The notes beneath the pieces are model-generated. The model searched no databases, was not told the origin of the DNA, and saw nothing but the letters and a program-made list of their open reading frames with translations. A stretch of DNA of 63,008 bases from an uncultured Oscillospiraceae bacterium (GTDB lineage: Bacteria; Bacillota; Clostridia; Oscillospirales; Oscillospiraceae), in NCBI GenBank assembly GCA_964562265.1, contig CAZLSN010000001.1, positions 1-63,008 of the forward strand. Reading direction: 5' to 3'. A program made the translations under genes and the position numbers. Below are positions 62,888 through 63,008 of the stretch, piece by piece. How positions within the stretch are numbered: the first letter of the stretch is position 1; each line of letters begins with the position of its first letter.

Positions 62888-63008
62888 GTGTACACATTTA
62901 TAATCGGTCTCGTGGTTCTTTTCGTCGGCGCTGCTCTCTACGGCAAGCTCTGTGAAAAGGTATTCGGACCCGACGATCGCAAAACTCCTGCATACACCAA
63001 GCAGGACG
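62888..63008 (+). CDS. cstA: Carbon starvation protein A family transporter, N-terminal 40 aa (gene continues past the window end)
   Basis: My translation from GTG 62888 gives VYTFIIGLVVLFVGAALYGKLCEKVFGPDDRKTPAYTKQD, which resembles CstA N-termini (...YGKF.E..WG.D..R.TPA). AAGGAGGG RBS lies 7 nt upstream. Confidence 0.6.
   Translation, partial: MYTFIIGLVVLFVGAALYGKLCEKVFGPDDRKTPAYTKQD

Noticed and set aside
1-63008. CRISPR arrays, tRNA/rRNA genes, prophage, integrative elements, toxin-antitoxin or restriction-modification/defence systems.
   Set aside because: There are no regularly spaced direct repeats, no cloverleaf-like or rRNA-like conserved segments, and no integrase, transposase, recombinase, nuclease or methylase-like ORFs in any frame. 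Composition is fairly uniform apart from short AT-rich promoter regions.

Overview
This is a 63-kb chromosomal segment from a GC-rich (about 55-60% by eye) Gram-positive anaerobe. The gene content (DnaD/DnaI, GlgC+GlgD, HemZ, LysM-GH18 SleL-like protein, TagGH, many lipoproteins with LxxC lipoboxes) fits Clostridia, possibly Oscillospiraceae/Ruminococcaceae-like; that placement is inference. I call about 60 CDS. I saw no rRNA, tRNA, CRISPR array, transposase, integrase or phage genes. Layout, left to right:
- 1-9201 (minus strand): U32 peptidase, maf, mreC, mreD, PBP2, mgsA, hisS, aspS.
- 9320-13737 (plus): dnaD-like, dnaI-like, DUF2804, SCP2, rsmE.
- 13779-20997 (minus): prs, pth, glgC, glgD, glgP, PfkB kinase.
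- 21224-22430: PepSY protein and a Thr-Pro-linker membrane protein, divergently arranged.
- 22681-31829: a divergent cell-envelope polymer locus. One arm carries ATP-grasp, CapA-like, moaA and MOSC. The other carries TagF-like, a second ATP-grasp, an NTP-transferase, tagG and tagH.
- 31866-43407: lipid and housekeeping genes (dagK, birA plus a YkvI-type transporter, TetR plus an RsiV-like lipoprotein, LMW-PTP, Nudix, LysM-GH18, pgsA, a glycosyltransferase-DAG-kinase fusion, hemZ).
- 43470-53139 (minus): a second envelope supercluster with two Wzy_C-like paralogs, GT2, Wzx, TagF, TagD, a terminator, then ECF sigma, anti-sigma, a DUF4358 lipoprotein and an AT3 acyltransferase.
- 53339-58864: a peptide/nickel-type ABC transporter.
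- 59196-62381: a TAXI-TRAP transporter.
- 62888-63008: the 5' end of cstA, behind a long AT-rich leader.

The most interesting items are:
- the ATP-grasp/CapA/TagF/TagGH locus;
- a conserved ECF-type promoter motif present twice;
- an SGNH-less AT3 acyltransferase coupled to a DUF4358 lipoprotein;
- the GT28-DAG-kinase fusion;
- a mosaic GC-rich palindromic repeat family in at least 6-7 intergenic spacers.

All family names are by-eye motif recognition. No database searches were run.
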